Source: an uncultured virus (IMG/VR IMGVR_UViG_2850949226_000002) (lineage: Duplodnaviria > Heunggongvirae > Uroviricota > Caudoviricetes). From it: a DNA stretch of 64,000 bases. Position numbers and translations under genes: made by a program. Positions 26,668 to 35,384 of the stretch are shown piece after piece (within the stretch, counting starts at the first letter, position 1; every line of letters starts with the position of its first letter). The notes beneath the pieces are model-generated. The model had not been told where the DNA came from and did not search any database. It saw nothing but the letters and a program-made list of their open reading frames with translations. Where the stretch lies: IMG/VR virus record IMGVR_UViG_2850949226_000002. The stretch is one strand, 5' to 3'.

Positions 26668-27225
26668 ATCGGTATCCTAACGAATTTCACGATAACAGCG
26701 CAGCTATTCTCCGGCCATTGTCCGGCAGATCAGCCGCCAGAACCGCCAAGGATAACGCCAGAACAGGCCGCCATCCAATCGGCTGAATCGCGCAACAGAG
26801 AATTAACGAAAGAGATAACGAAAAAGGACGCACGCATACAGGCGCTTGAGGACGAAATCAAGGCGCTGAAGAAGTCGAAGCAGATGTACGTAAAGAGTAC
26901 AAAAGTTGAATCGGGATGGAAAACGTTCGAGGCCTCGGCTTATACCGCATTCTGTTCGGAAGGCTGCACCGGCATCACCAAAACGGGAGTCGACGTCAGC
27001 CATTCGATCTACTACGAGGGAGCACGCGTCATAGCGGTCGATCCGTCTGTGATTGCGCTTGGCTCTACGGTTGAAGTCCGGCTCGCTGACGGTTCGAGCT
27101 TCCGAGCGAAGGCGATCGATACAGGGGGAGCGATTAAAGGCGCACGGCTCGATCTATTGGTCGCGAATGAATCCGACGCAGTACAGTTCGGCCGGCAGTC
27201 GGTAGAGTTGCGGGTTATTAAATAA
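26668..27225 (+). CDS. 3D-domain cell-wall protein with coiled coil; probable ATC start
   Basis: ASAYT...IAVDP...AIDTGGAIKG..LDL; frame open 72 codons upstream of the track ATG; RBS AAAGGA 8 nt before ATC. Confidence 0.8.
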   Translation: MGILTNFTITAQLFSGHCPADQPPEPPRITPEQAAIQSAESRNRELTKEITKKDARIQALEDEIKALKKSKQMYVKSTKVESGWKTFEASAYTAFCSEGCTGITKTGVDVSHSIYYEGARVIAVDPSVIALGSTVEVRLADGSSFRAKAIDTGGAIKGARLDLLVANESDAVQFGRQSVELRVIK

Positions 27226-27240
27226 CGGGAGGGCGAATAA

Positions 27241-28305
27241 ATGACGAAAACTAACGAAAAAATCCACGTATTGGCTGACGAATCACTTGGCGGAATCAAA
27301 CGAGAATATGTAGAGGTCAATAGGAAGGCGGAGGAAGGCGAGAAGATTGTGATCGTAGACAAAAGGTATCCGGGCGATATTTACGAGAACGGAGATGTTT
27401 TTACGGTAGACCGCGAAGTTCCTCCGGGATCGGGTTTTGTGGGAAGTGACGAGGCTATATCCGAGATGAACAGTTCCGGACTTATCTACCTCGGAGAATA
27501 CCGCGTGCTCGAACCGACCAATATCGTCCACATTGACGGACCTGACGGCACGGAGCGCTACGAAATGGTCGACCGAGAGGCGGAAGTGGGCGAGAAGGTT
27601 ATTCATTTGAGCGAATTGTATTCGGATGGAACAGTAACGGAGGTCACTAGTGTGGGCGCTGGCATGGTCGACGTAATTGAATACGAAGATTCAGACGGAG
27701 ATATTACATGCGGATTTTCGCACGGATGCTATCGTGTCCTCGTCCCGGCCGAATCCTCCGAAGAAGAACCGCAGCCCTCCGACCCGATCGACGTTATCGC
27801 TAACCTAGCGACGCGTGTTGCGGAATTGGAACGCGAGAATAAACGGATCAAGGAAGATCTCGGATGGAACGAAATGGGGGCGGGAAGCATCGCTAATCTA
27901 CGGAATGACGTTGCGGATATTCGCCACGATATCGCTAAGCTAGAGGATAGAATCGTACACGATTATGCTACAAACGAGGATGTGACCGATTTTCTATACG
28001 AAGAAGTTAAGCGTCTACAAGACGAAATAGACACGCTTCACAAAGACAACCGGAGGCACGGCGAAGAGATAGCGCAGTTAGAAAAAGGCGTACACGCGCA
28101 ATCACAGCGCCATCTATATCGCCAACAAGAAATTGAGCGCGTCTGGGAACGTATGGATCGCATAGAGTCGGAAACGGAGTCGCTGAAATATGCCGCAAAG
28201 GAAACGGACGGAAAGGTGGCGAACCTCGAATCCGACTCAGATACGCGCTTATTCACTGCCGAAGAGGTTGCCGCACTTCTTAACGCAATGAGGGAACGCC
28301 AATGA
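27241..28305 (+). CDS. Hypothetical protein (two SH3-like modules plus long coiled coil)
   Basis: V.R.AE.GEK...YRVL repeat; heptad-rich C-terminus. Confidence 0.75.
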   Translation: MTKTNEKIHVLADESLGGIKREYVEVNRKAEEGEKIVIVDKRYPGDIYENGDVFTVDREVPPGSGFVGSDEAISEMNSSGLIYLGEYRVLEPTNIVHIDGPDGTERYEMVDREAEVGEKVIHLSELYSDGTVTEVTSVGAGMVDVIEYEDSDGDITCGFSHGCYRVLVPAESSEEEPQPSDPIDVIANLATRVAELERENKRIKEDLGWNEMGAGSIANLRNDVADIRHDIAKLEDRIVHDYATNEDVTDFLYEEVKRLQDEIDTLHKDNRRHGEEIAQLEKGVHAQSQRHLYRQQEIERVWERMDRIESETESLKYAAKETDGKVANLESDSDTRLFTAEEVAALLNAMRERQ

Positions 28306-28862
28306 AGATCGCCCTCACCGCACCACTTCGCGCAGGCAAGTCGCTGGCCGCATCGTACATCTCGCTTCACTACGATTTCCAGCCGTTCGCATTTGGCGAC
28401 GAACTGAAGGACGCATTTCACCGCGCATTCCCTCACGTTCCGAGAAATCCGAAGCCGCGCGCTCATTATCAGAAGTTCGGACAGTGGGCGCGGGAAGCCT
28501 TCGGAGAGGACGTATGGATCGACGCTCTCATGCCGAAAATAGCCGCCTATCTCGACCGCCATCCTTGCGACTGCGGCAATACAGCGCTAAAGAATCGCGT
28601 GATCGTCGATGACTGCCGCCAGCCTAACGAATACAAGCGATTGAAGGACGAAGGATTCGTATTTATCCGCATAACAGCGCCCGTCGATCTCCGCATTGAA
28701 CGCGCTAAAAAAGCCGGCGATCAATTCGATCTTGTCGACTTGGAGCATCCGACTGAGCTTGCCGTTAACAGTTTCGAAGTTGATTACGAAATTGAGAACG
28801 CAGGCAAGCCGGAAGAGTTATACGAGAAGCTGGACGCGATTATGGCGGAGCTACTCGTCTAA
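28302..28862 (+). CDS. Deoxynucleoside monophosphate kinase-like P-loop protein
   Basis: APLRAGKS, FGDELK, DDCR..NE, HPTE motifs. Confidence 0.8.
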   Translation: MKIALTAPLRAGKSLAASYISLHYDFQPFAFGDELKDAFHRAFPHVPRNPKPRAHYQKFGQWAREAFGEDVWIDALMPKIAAYLDRHPCDCGNTALKNRVIVDDCRQPNEYKRLKDEGFVFIRITAPVDLRIERAKKAGDQFDLVDLEHPTELAVNSFEVDYEIENAGKPEELYEKLDAIMAELLV

Positions 28863-29237
28863 CTGAAACGCATACGTGCCTTTCGGATAGGCCAGGTACG
28901 GTTGTTTTGACGCCTCGCCATCGCCGATCAAATAGTATCGTTGCGGAAGCTTATCGAAATCAATGCCGATTTTACGCAAGAATGGCCATGCCGAAACATT
29001 GCCGCGCTTATCGAACTTGAACGGTTTGACATCCGGCTGCTTAACGAGTTCGGGCTTGCCGACAACAATGCGCTTTTCAGCCGCGTCATATGCGACGGAT
29101 AAATAAAACGGTCCGTCCGTAGGCAGTCCGATGACGCGCCGCGCACCGGCCGAAATAAATAAACGTCGTTGCTTTTCGATTGTTATATACGCTTTAGTAT
29201 TGCGCTCAAAGTCGTTTGAAATCCACGTAAGTGTCAT
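28851..29237 (-). CDS. Hypothetical moron-like protein, opposite strand
   Basis: RBS AAGGAG; own SigA-like promoter. Confidence 0.75.
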   Translation of the reverse strand: MTLTWISNDFERNTKAYITIEKQRRLFISAGARRVIGLPTDGPFYLSVAYDAAEKRIVVGKPELVKQPDVKPFKFDKRGNVSAWPFLRKIGIDFDKLPQRYYLIGDGEASKQPYLAYPKGTYAFQLDE

Positions 29238-29267
29238 ATCGAATCTCCTTACGAAAGTATTTACGTT

Positions 29268-29297
29268 CAGTATAGACGGAATAGTTACCGATAGTCA
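29268..29297 (-). promoter_or_regulatory. SigA-like promoter for 29237-28851
   Basis: Minus strand TTGACT-N18-TATACT. Confidence 0.6.
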
Positions 29298-29347
29298 ACA
29301 GTAGTGTGCGGATTGTTAACGAAGTTATTAACGAAGGAGGAAACTGA

Positions 29348-30622
29348 ATGGGGAAAGCCGATCGCAAAAGGTGGGAAGGTAACGTTAAATCAATGGAAAT
29401 CATCGCAAAGGAACGCGACCAAATAACTGAAGAAGATCTCGAATTCTTACGACAAAACTATACGTCTGCTGGCGGACTGTTACCGAACGCATTCTCAGGC
29501 GGTGCATTCTTCACGCCAACCCACGTCGCTAAATTCATATGGGACGTACTAAAGCCTCGCTTACCTGAGAATCCGAAAGTCCTCGAACCTTCCGTCGGTG
29601 CCGGTGTCTTTCTCGAACACGCTCCGGACGGTGCGGACCTGACTGCGTTAGAACTCGATAAAACAAGCGCAAAGGTAACGTCGCTGCTTTATCCAGACGC
29701 TGAAATTGTCGAAGGGAATGCGCTTCTTCATGATCGACGGGACTATTACGACTTAGTTGTCGGAAATCCTCCGTATGGCGTCACTGTTAAATTCGAGCCG
29801 AAAGAGGGAGAAGAGTGGCGGTCAGTTACGAAAAAGAAGGGCGAATACGGCGGAAAGTCAGAGGTTGCGTTTATTGAACTTGCAATCAAGGCGGCAAAGC
29901 CTGGCGGATATATTGCGTTTGTCCTTCCGTTAGGACTATCTTACGGTAACTACGCGGCCAAGCTGCGGAAGTTAATGCACGAAACATGCTGGCAAGTTGC
30001 GACGATTATGCTGCCGAGTGAGACGTTCCAGCATGTAGGGACAACGGTTCCAACGCAGATTTTGATTTTACGGAAGGCACCACCCGGTACGCAATTAATA
30101 TCACCAGCGACTACGAAATGGGAATCGAATTTTAGAAGAGGCGGAGACAAAGACATAACAGAATACAACGCAAAGTTTCTCGAAGGCCAGCAGCCAGCCT
30201 ATTTCGCTCAAGTAACGGATATCGGTTGGGACGCGAAAGGTAAATTGACGGATAAATGGAGCGATGGCCTAACGCAACTTGACGATCTTCTTAACGATTT
30301 TACTGACGACAACCTAATGCGCGAAAATCTATATCCGCACCTTCCAAGCTGGCACGGAATCGAGAAAGGTAACGACGCGTTTTTCTTCTCTCATGGTAAC
30401 GGCATCTGCGACGGCCACAGAGACGCGGAAAGAACGTTCTCAGACGGGCCTTACCGATGGAACGAATTAACGCTAGGGGCAGGCGATGAGATCGAATGGA
30501 ATGGTCGTATGGTGAGTTCGTTTGATTTTGATTGGCAGGACGAAATTGTCCGCAACTATTTCGATAGACTGCGCGATTCCTACGGTGAACCACATAATTC
30601 AGCGAAATTGGAGGCGGTTTAA
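29348..30622 (+). CDS. Solitary N6-adenine DNA methyltransferase
   Basis: GAFFTP, VLEPSVGAG (SAM-binding) and GNPPY (catalytic) motifs. Confidence 0.88.
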   Translation: MGKADRKRWEGNVKSMEIIAKERDQITEEDLEFLRQNYTSAGGLLPNAFSGGAFFTPTHVAKFIWDVLKPRLPENPKVLEPSVGAGVFLEHAPDGADLTALELDKTSAKVTSLLYPDAEIVEGNALLHDRRDYYDLVVGNPPYGVTVKFEPKEGEEWRSVTKKKGEYGGKSEVAFIELAIKAAKPGGYIAFVLPLGLSYGNYAAKLRKLMHETCWQVATIMLPSETFQHVGTTVPTQILILRKAPPGTQLISPATTKWESNFRRGGDKDITEYNAKFLEGQQPAYFAQVTDIGWDAKGKLTDKWSDGLTQLDDLLNDFTDDNLMRENLYPHLPSWHGIEKGNDAFFFSHGNGICDGHRDAERTFSDGPYRWNELTLGAGDEIEWNGRMVSSFDFDWQDEIVRNYFDRLRDSYGEPHNSAKLEAV

Positions 30623-31011
30623 TGGGTACTGTCAAAATCGATCTACACCGAAAGGATCGCGAATTTGAAACGACATATGCGCTAGACAATGCGGAGGGCG
30701 TCAAAACGTTGCTCTCCGATTATCCGAAGTTCGTCAGCCGCAAACGACTCGGAGAATACGAAGCTGCCGAAGTGCTGCTCGATCTGCACAACGCGATTGA
30801 GCTTGCGGATCTGACCGACAGACAACGCGAAGCTATCCGGCTCGTATATTTCGAAGACCTGACGCAAGTCGAGGCGGGAAAACGGATGGGGGTCGGCAAG
30901 GATTCCGTTAATCATCTGATAAATCGAGCGGCTGATTCGATTGCGGATATTTACTACTATTGGGCGGGACATGGCGAAGGATACTCGACGGGAGGACGAA
31001 TTAATGGATAA
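30622..31011 (+). CDS. Sigma-70 region-4 HTH regulator, possible late activator
   Basis: LTDRQREAIRLVYFEDLTQVEAGKRMGV. Confidence 0.8.
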   Translation: MGTVKIDLHRKDREFETTYALDNAEGVKTLLSDYPKFVSRKRLGEYEAAEVLLDLHNAIELADLTDRQREAIRLVYFEDLTQVEAGKRMGVGKDSVNHLINRAADSIADIYYYWAGHGEGYSTGGRING

Positions 31012-31492
31012 AGCACTATTGCACGAAATGATTACCGAATTATATCAACGAACAAAGGCCGGAGAATTGGATCGTATTGAACGTATTGAGGAAATTACCG
31101 CGCTGGCCGACGCTTACTTCGATGCCGTCGGAGAGCATCCGGATTCTATCGCGCTTGAACGTATGGCGAATCTCGTAATCTACGAAGAGCTAGCGAACCC
31201 ACACCCGGATAAAATGGCTCGCGAAGAGTACCCGATCATGAGCGAAACGCAGCGAGAAGAGCGCATCAAGTCGGAGGCATCCGAAAAGCTCGCAGAAGAG
31301 TACGGGGCAGATGGTCGAAATTATAAAGTTCCGACGCGAAGAAAACGCTCTTCATACGAGGAAAAGTTCGTTGATAGATCGGCCAGGGCGCGAAATAAAG
31401 AACGAAGAAGCCGCTATAACGATTTCGTAAAGGGAAGATCACCGGGACAGTTCACGATCAATATCGAAACCGGCGAAAAAATTTCTCATTAA
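31004..31492 (+). CDS. Hypothetical phage protein
   Basis: RBS GGAGGA; HPDKM..EEYPIMS motif. Confidence 0.75.
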   Translation: MDKALLHEMITELYQRTKAGELDRIERIEEITALADAYFDAVGEHPDSIALERMANLVIYEELANPHPDKMAREEYPIMSETQREERIKSEASEKLAEEYGADGRNYKVPTRRKRSSYEEKFVDRSARARNKERRSRYNDFVKGRSPGQFTINIETGEKISH

Positions 31493-31499
31493 ACCCGTT

Positions 31500-31533
31500 A
31501 CTTTTACCCGTTTAGCTGTCTATACGTTATGAG
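31500..31533 (+). promoter_or_regulatory. 34-bp promoter-like motif, copy 1 (ACTTTTAC...TGTCTATACGTTATGAG)
   Basis: 30/34 identical to 35351-35384. Confidence 0.75.
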
Positions 31534-31580
31534 GGCGCCAAATCCGCGCTCTTTTATTTTGCGACAAAGGGGACGATATT

Positions 31581-32381
31581 TTGAAAAGATTACGAGTAGT
31601 AAATGCAGAGACGGGCGAAGATCTATCGACAGACTACACGCTCAGACACCGGAACCAGGACGAAGCTTTCCGGGAACAGCAAAAGCAGACGACGGACAGG
31701 CGCGACTTTTCCAACGCCAATATGTCTTATATTCACGAAGTCTATGACGCCCTCACAACGGCACAATGCGGGTATTTGATGTTGCTGCAATGCTACGTCG
31801 ACTATAACGGTGTTCTCGTGAAATCTAGCCGCGATAAAACTCCGATGACGACAGCGGATATGATGTCCGTTCTCCAGCTCGCGAAGAAGCCGCGAACGTT
31901 CTACGATTTCCTGAGCGCCTGTACTGCGCATGATATTATCCGGGAGGAAGGCGGCATATACTCGGTGAACGAACGCTATCATTTCAAAGGTAACTTCGGT
32001 AGCCAGTACGTCGTCAAACTCTATACCGCGAAGATTAAGAAGGTGTACAGCGAAGTGAAAGCGACAGACATCGGCCTGATCTACCGAATGCTGCCGTTCG
32101 TCCACTACGAAACAAACGCTCTTTGCGAGAATCCTTTCGAAAAGAATCCGAAGTATATTCGTTGGTTCAATAAAAAAGAGCTTGCGGCAGCGATCGGAGT
32201 AACGCCGGATACGCTTGGCCGGCGCCTGAAGCAGATGAAATTCGACGGTGAATTCGTTGTTGCGCGAATAAAGGTCGGTGGCGAGCCGGAACGTTACACG
32301 TTCAATCCTAACGTGTTTTATCGACAGTCCAAGGCGCCGGATAAGACGCTGCTTGCGATGTTTAACGTTAAGAAACCGTAA
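31581..32381 (+). CDS. RepL-like replication initiator (tandem wHTH)
   Basis: VVNAETGE, YSVNERYHFKG and YTFNPNVFYR motifs resemble Firmicute plasmid RepL proteins. Confidence 0.6.
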   Translation: MKRLRVVNAETGEDLSTDYTLRHRNQDEAFREQQKQTTDRRDFSNANMSYIHEVYDALTTAQCGYLMLLQCYVDYNGVLVKSSRDKTPMTTADMMSVLQLAKKPRTFYDFLSACTAHDIIREEGGIYSVNERYHFKGNFGSQYVVKLYTAKIKKVYSEVKATDIGLIYRMLPFVHYETNALCENPFEKNPKYIRWFNKKELAAAIGVTPDTLGRRLKQMKFDGEFVVARIKVGGEPERYTFNPNVFYRQSKAPDKTLLAMFNVKKP

Positions 32382-32389
32382 ATAAACGA

Positions 32390-32414
32390 AAAAGGGCGCC
32401 GTAATTGGCGCCTC
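32390..32414. terminator. Terminator between convergent genes
   Basis: aaaagggcgcc-gtaatt-ggcgcctct. Confidence 0.65.
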
Positions 32415-32725
32415 TAATTCGTCTTAAACCCATTCACAAAGCTTTCTCCGTCCTGTTCCGTATGAATAAGCTGCTGAGCGCTTTGGCTGATCCGCTGTGC
32501 GAGCGCCTGCTGCGCTTTCCCTTCGAAGCTGTAGAGAAGTGATGAATAGACGCTGTTCATTTCCTTTTGTATGTCATCTACTTTGAATTTCGGTCTGAGG
32601 GTATTTCGAACGGATTCGAGCTTGGTTCCGGCCACGCCTCTCATACCCGTTTTCAGCATAGCAAGCTGCCTGCGCTTTTCCATTGGGTCGTTCTGCTTTT
32701 TGATTATTTGATCTAACGTATCCAT
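32414..32725 (-). CDS. Small helical WXG100-like partner of the lipase toxin
   Basis: 103-aa helical protein with central FEG, directly downstream of the toxin. Confidence 0.55.
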   Translation of the reverse strand: MDTLDQIIKKQNDPMEKRRQLAMLKTGMRGVAGTKLESVRNTLRPKFKVDDIQKEMNSVYSSLLYSFEGKAQQALAQRISQSAQQLIHTEQDGESFVNGFKTN

Positions 32726-32736
32726 CTACTCATCTC

Positions 32737-34164
32737 CTATAACTTTAACCAGTTTGCGAGCATCTTGTCTTTTGATTTGAAATCCTTTGCGATTTGTGCG
32801 AGATAACCGCTGATCTCCTCTAAATCTGAAATCGTATCCTGCAATGACGCGATATAGGCCGCTTCGGCATCGACATCGTAAAACAGCGGATTCCCTTTTT
32901 TATCGAACGACTGCGCCAAATCATTCAGCGTATTGTTTACATCATCGAGCGTAAGCTGATCGTATAAGCCGTGACCGACCTGGCGATAGGTATCGCATTT
33001 CAAATCGCTTATCGCAGCGTCATGTTCCTGGTAGGCGTTTTCCGCTTCTCTTTTCATCGTACGCAGGTCGTTTATAATCGCATTTACTTTTTCCGCAAGC
33101 TGCTTAGCGACTTCGGGGGTGACTTTAATCGCGCCGCTCCCTGATGCCACTTCAGCCGGCAGCATTGCTTTTAAATTTTTATCGTAGACGAGTTCATCGC
33201 CGTCTATATTCTTAATATTACCGTCTTCGTCGAAAGAGAAATTATTGCTGCCGACCCAATGCGTATCAGGCATTCCCAAGATTGCTGTCTGAAAGAAGTA
33301 CGCAGCGTTTTCGCCAATTTGATCAGTTACCTTGCCTCGCATTCGCATTTCGCGCATAGCATTCGATACAGCAGGATCTTTTGTATATATCGTTGTTCCA
33401 TTGTGGCGGTCGTACTCATTCCACCAACCGGCTCCGATCATATCATCCGGATTTACGATCGACTTTACATACCGGTTGTATTCACCGTTATTGATTTCCT
33501 TTTGCTTTTCTTCGGAATGTAATTTAACGACGGAGGGATTGTTGAATGCGACGGCATAGATATCGTTGTTGACCGCACTGTATTCCGCTTCTGCACCTCC
33601 GAGTGAGTGTCCAGTCGTTGAAATGATCGTCGGGGTGCCTTTATATTTTTGTTTGATTTCTCTTATAAGATCGTCGGCTTGACCGATTTGGGACGGTTTT
33701 GTAATCAATTTGTAGTTACCGGTGCTAAGCATAGCGTCTTGTGAGGGTGTGGAATTGTATTTTCCCAGTGTTTTGGATGTATCTTTCGCATCTTTTTCGA
33801 TTATATAATGCGTTTTCTTTTTTGGATCTTGCCCCATCACGATATTTCCACCGTCTGCTTTTACTAAGTCATCGATCGGGTCCTTTCCGGCGTCAGTACC
33901 GGCGAAGGCTACGACGACGTTTTTGGGGTTATCTGATTTAACCCACTTTCCGTTTTTCTCTTCGGCTTGTGACAGAACAACCGCATCAAGTCCGGTATCG
34001 TCATCCGACTTAATTTTTTCAACATACCACCGAGAAGAACTACTCGTCGTTAAAGGTCTATTTTCTTTTAATGATTTTTTGATTTTGTCATAGTTATAAG
34101 AAAACCTACTTAAATAATAATATTCTTTATCGCTAATGTTTGGAATATCGATATTCTTAGGCAT
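32737..34164 (-). CDS. Lipase-family toxin with C-terminal T7SS-type helical domain (TslA-like reverse arrangement)
   Basis: VVAFAGT, GHSLGG nucleophile elbow, FN.P; C-terminal IKVTPE...FKSKDKMLA helical domain; RBS GAGGTG before ATG 34164. Confidence 0.75.
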   Translation of the reverse strand: MPKNIDIPNISDKEYYYLSRFSYNYDKIKKSLKENRPLTTSSSSRWYVEKIKSDDDTGLDAVVLSQAEEKNGKWVKSDNPKNVVVAFAGTDAGKDPIDDLVKADGGNIVMGQDPKKKTHYIIEKDAKDTSKTLGKYNSTPSQDAMLSTGNYKLITKPSQIGQADDLIREIKQKYKGTPTIISTTGHSLGGAEAEYSAVNNDIYAVAFNNPSVVKLHSEEKQKEINNGEYNRYVKSIVNPDDMIGAGWWNEYDRHNGTTIYTKDPAVSNAMREMRMRGKVTDQIGENAAYFFQTAILGMPDTHWVGSNNFSFDEDGNIKNIDGDELVYDKNLKAMLPAEVASGSGAIKVTPEVAKQLAEKVNAIINDLRTMKREAENAYQEHDAAISDLKCDTYRQVGHGLYDQLTLDDVNNTLNDLAQSFDKKGNPLFYDVDAEAAYIASLQDTISDLEEISGYLAQIAKDFKSKDKMLANWLKL

Positions 34165-34214
34165 GTACAACACCTCAACTCTAATGTAAAATTGTTTTAG
34201 GAAAGGATGAGTCT

Positions 34215-34559
34215 ATGAGAAAATACATAATTATCCTAATCTCCATCGTAATTATAACATTTGGAGGTATTTACATGAAGCACCAACACGATCAAAAAGT
34301 AGCAGAAACCGAGTTGTTTAATCAGGCTAAAACTAAGATGAAAACTTTTTTAGAAAAAAACTATAAAGATATTAAAGAAATAAATTTTTCGGATTCATAT
34401 GACATAGACCCTATGGGCGGGATAACTGTAGAAGGATATATAAATGGGGATAAAAATAAAGAGTTTTTCGGTACTTATGATAAAACTAACGATGAGATAG
34501 GTATTTCTTCAGTGGACGCAGAAGAGAAGCCAGAGTGTCAAGATAAAGTTTGTAAATAA
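34215..34559 (+). CDS. Membrane-anchored DUF1433/DUF1310-like protein, candidate immunity
   Basis: N-terminal TM helix and PMGGITVEGYINGD motif. Confidence 0.6.
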   Translation: MRKYIIILISIVIITFGGIYMKHQHDQKVAETELFNQAKTKMKTFLEKNYKDIKEINFSDSYDIDPMGGITVEGYINGDKNKEFFGTYDKTNDEIGISSVDAEEKPECQDKVCK

Positions 34560-34560
34560 A

Positions 34561-34596
34561 GAGCCCGACTCAATTTTGAGTAGGGCTTTTCGTTTT
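34561..34596 (+). terminator. Intrinsic terminator
   Basis: agccc-g-actca...tgagt-a-gggct followed by T-tract. Confidence 0.75.
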
Positions 34597-34695
34597 ATAT
34601 GCTCTTTTTCATTCCACAACGGCGGCACTCGCGAAGAAATATGCCGTCCTTAACCGAACTTTTAAACAGCGTATAATCGCAGGAGGTGCCGGCAA

Positions 34696-34914
34696 ATGAT
34701 CGTTAAATTAAAGATAGCCGAGCTACTTGATCGGAAGAATATGACGCAGAAGGAACTCGCTGACTTAACCGGAATCCGTCCGACTGCCATTAGCGAACTG
34801 TGCCGCGGAATTAAGGAACGGGTGCAGCTCGACCATCTCAGCCGGATTGCGACCGCGTTGAATATATCGGATATACGGGAGCTTATCGACCTGACCGAGG
34901 ACGCTGACGAATGA
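34696..34914 (+). CDS. XRE/HTH_26 regulator
   Basis: MTQKELADLTGIRPTAISELC; RBS AGGAGGT. Confidence 0.88.
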   Translation: MIVKLKIAELLDRKNMTQKELADLTGIRPTAISELCRGIKERVQLDHLSRIATALNISDIRELIDLTEDADE

Positions 34915-35044
34915 TTGGCGTCTATTTTTTCGTGTTGATACCGTATATTTATACGTTAGTATGAATAATAATACGTTGAATGTAACGGTGAGACATCGGA
35001 TGATTATCGTCTTATTCTCAATTAGAATAACGTAATTGATAATG

Positions 35045-35312
35045 AACACGACTTTATTCGCACAAATCGGCCAAAAACACGACTTTATTCGCACAACCGA
35101 AAATAGGGTTCGTGCTTACGGCCGCAAGGGATACAGCGATTTTGAGTGCGGAATTACTTCTTAGTCTTCTGAATTCGAAGACTAGCGGGAACTACGTTTC
35201 ACTACGTCCCGCAGAAACGCAATCATGTATATTGTATAAATAATTGTATCGCGATAAAGGTCTTAATAATATCCGCGGACACGTAGGAGCGTAAGCGACG
35301 GAGTGGGCGCTA
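35045..35312 (+). other. Origin-like module C (two 21-bp iterons, hairpins, TATCGCGATAAAG core)
   Basis: AACACGACTTTATTCGCACAA exact at 35045 and 35076; core at 35247-35259; GAGCGTAAGCGA at 35287. Confidence 0.65.
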
Positions 35313-35350
35313 TGTTTTAAAACATTCGAAAATATTCCGTTAATATATCA

Positions 35351-35384
35351 ACTTTTACACGCGTAGTTGTCTATACGTTATGAG
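35351..35384 (+). promoter_or_regulatory. 34-bp promoter-like motif, copy 2 (candidate late promoter)
   Basis: 30/34 identical to 31500-31533; heads the packaging/structural operon. Confidence 0.75.

Noticed and set aside
29348..30622. Complete restriction-modification system
   Set aside because: No adjacent endonuclease or specificity subunit
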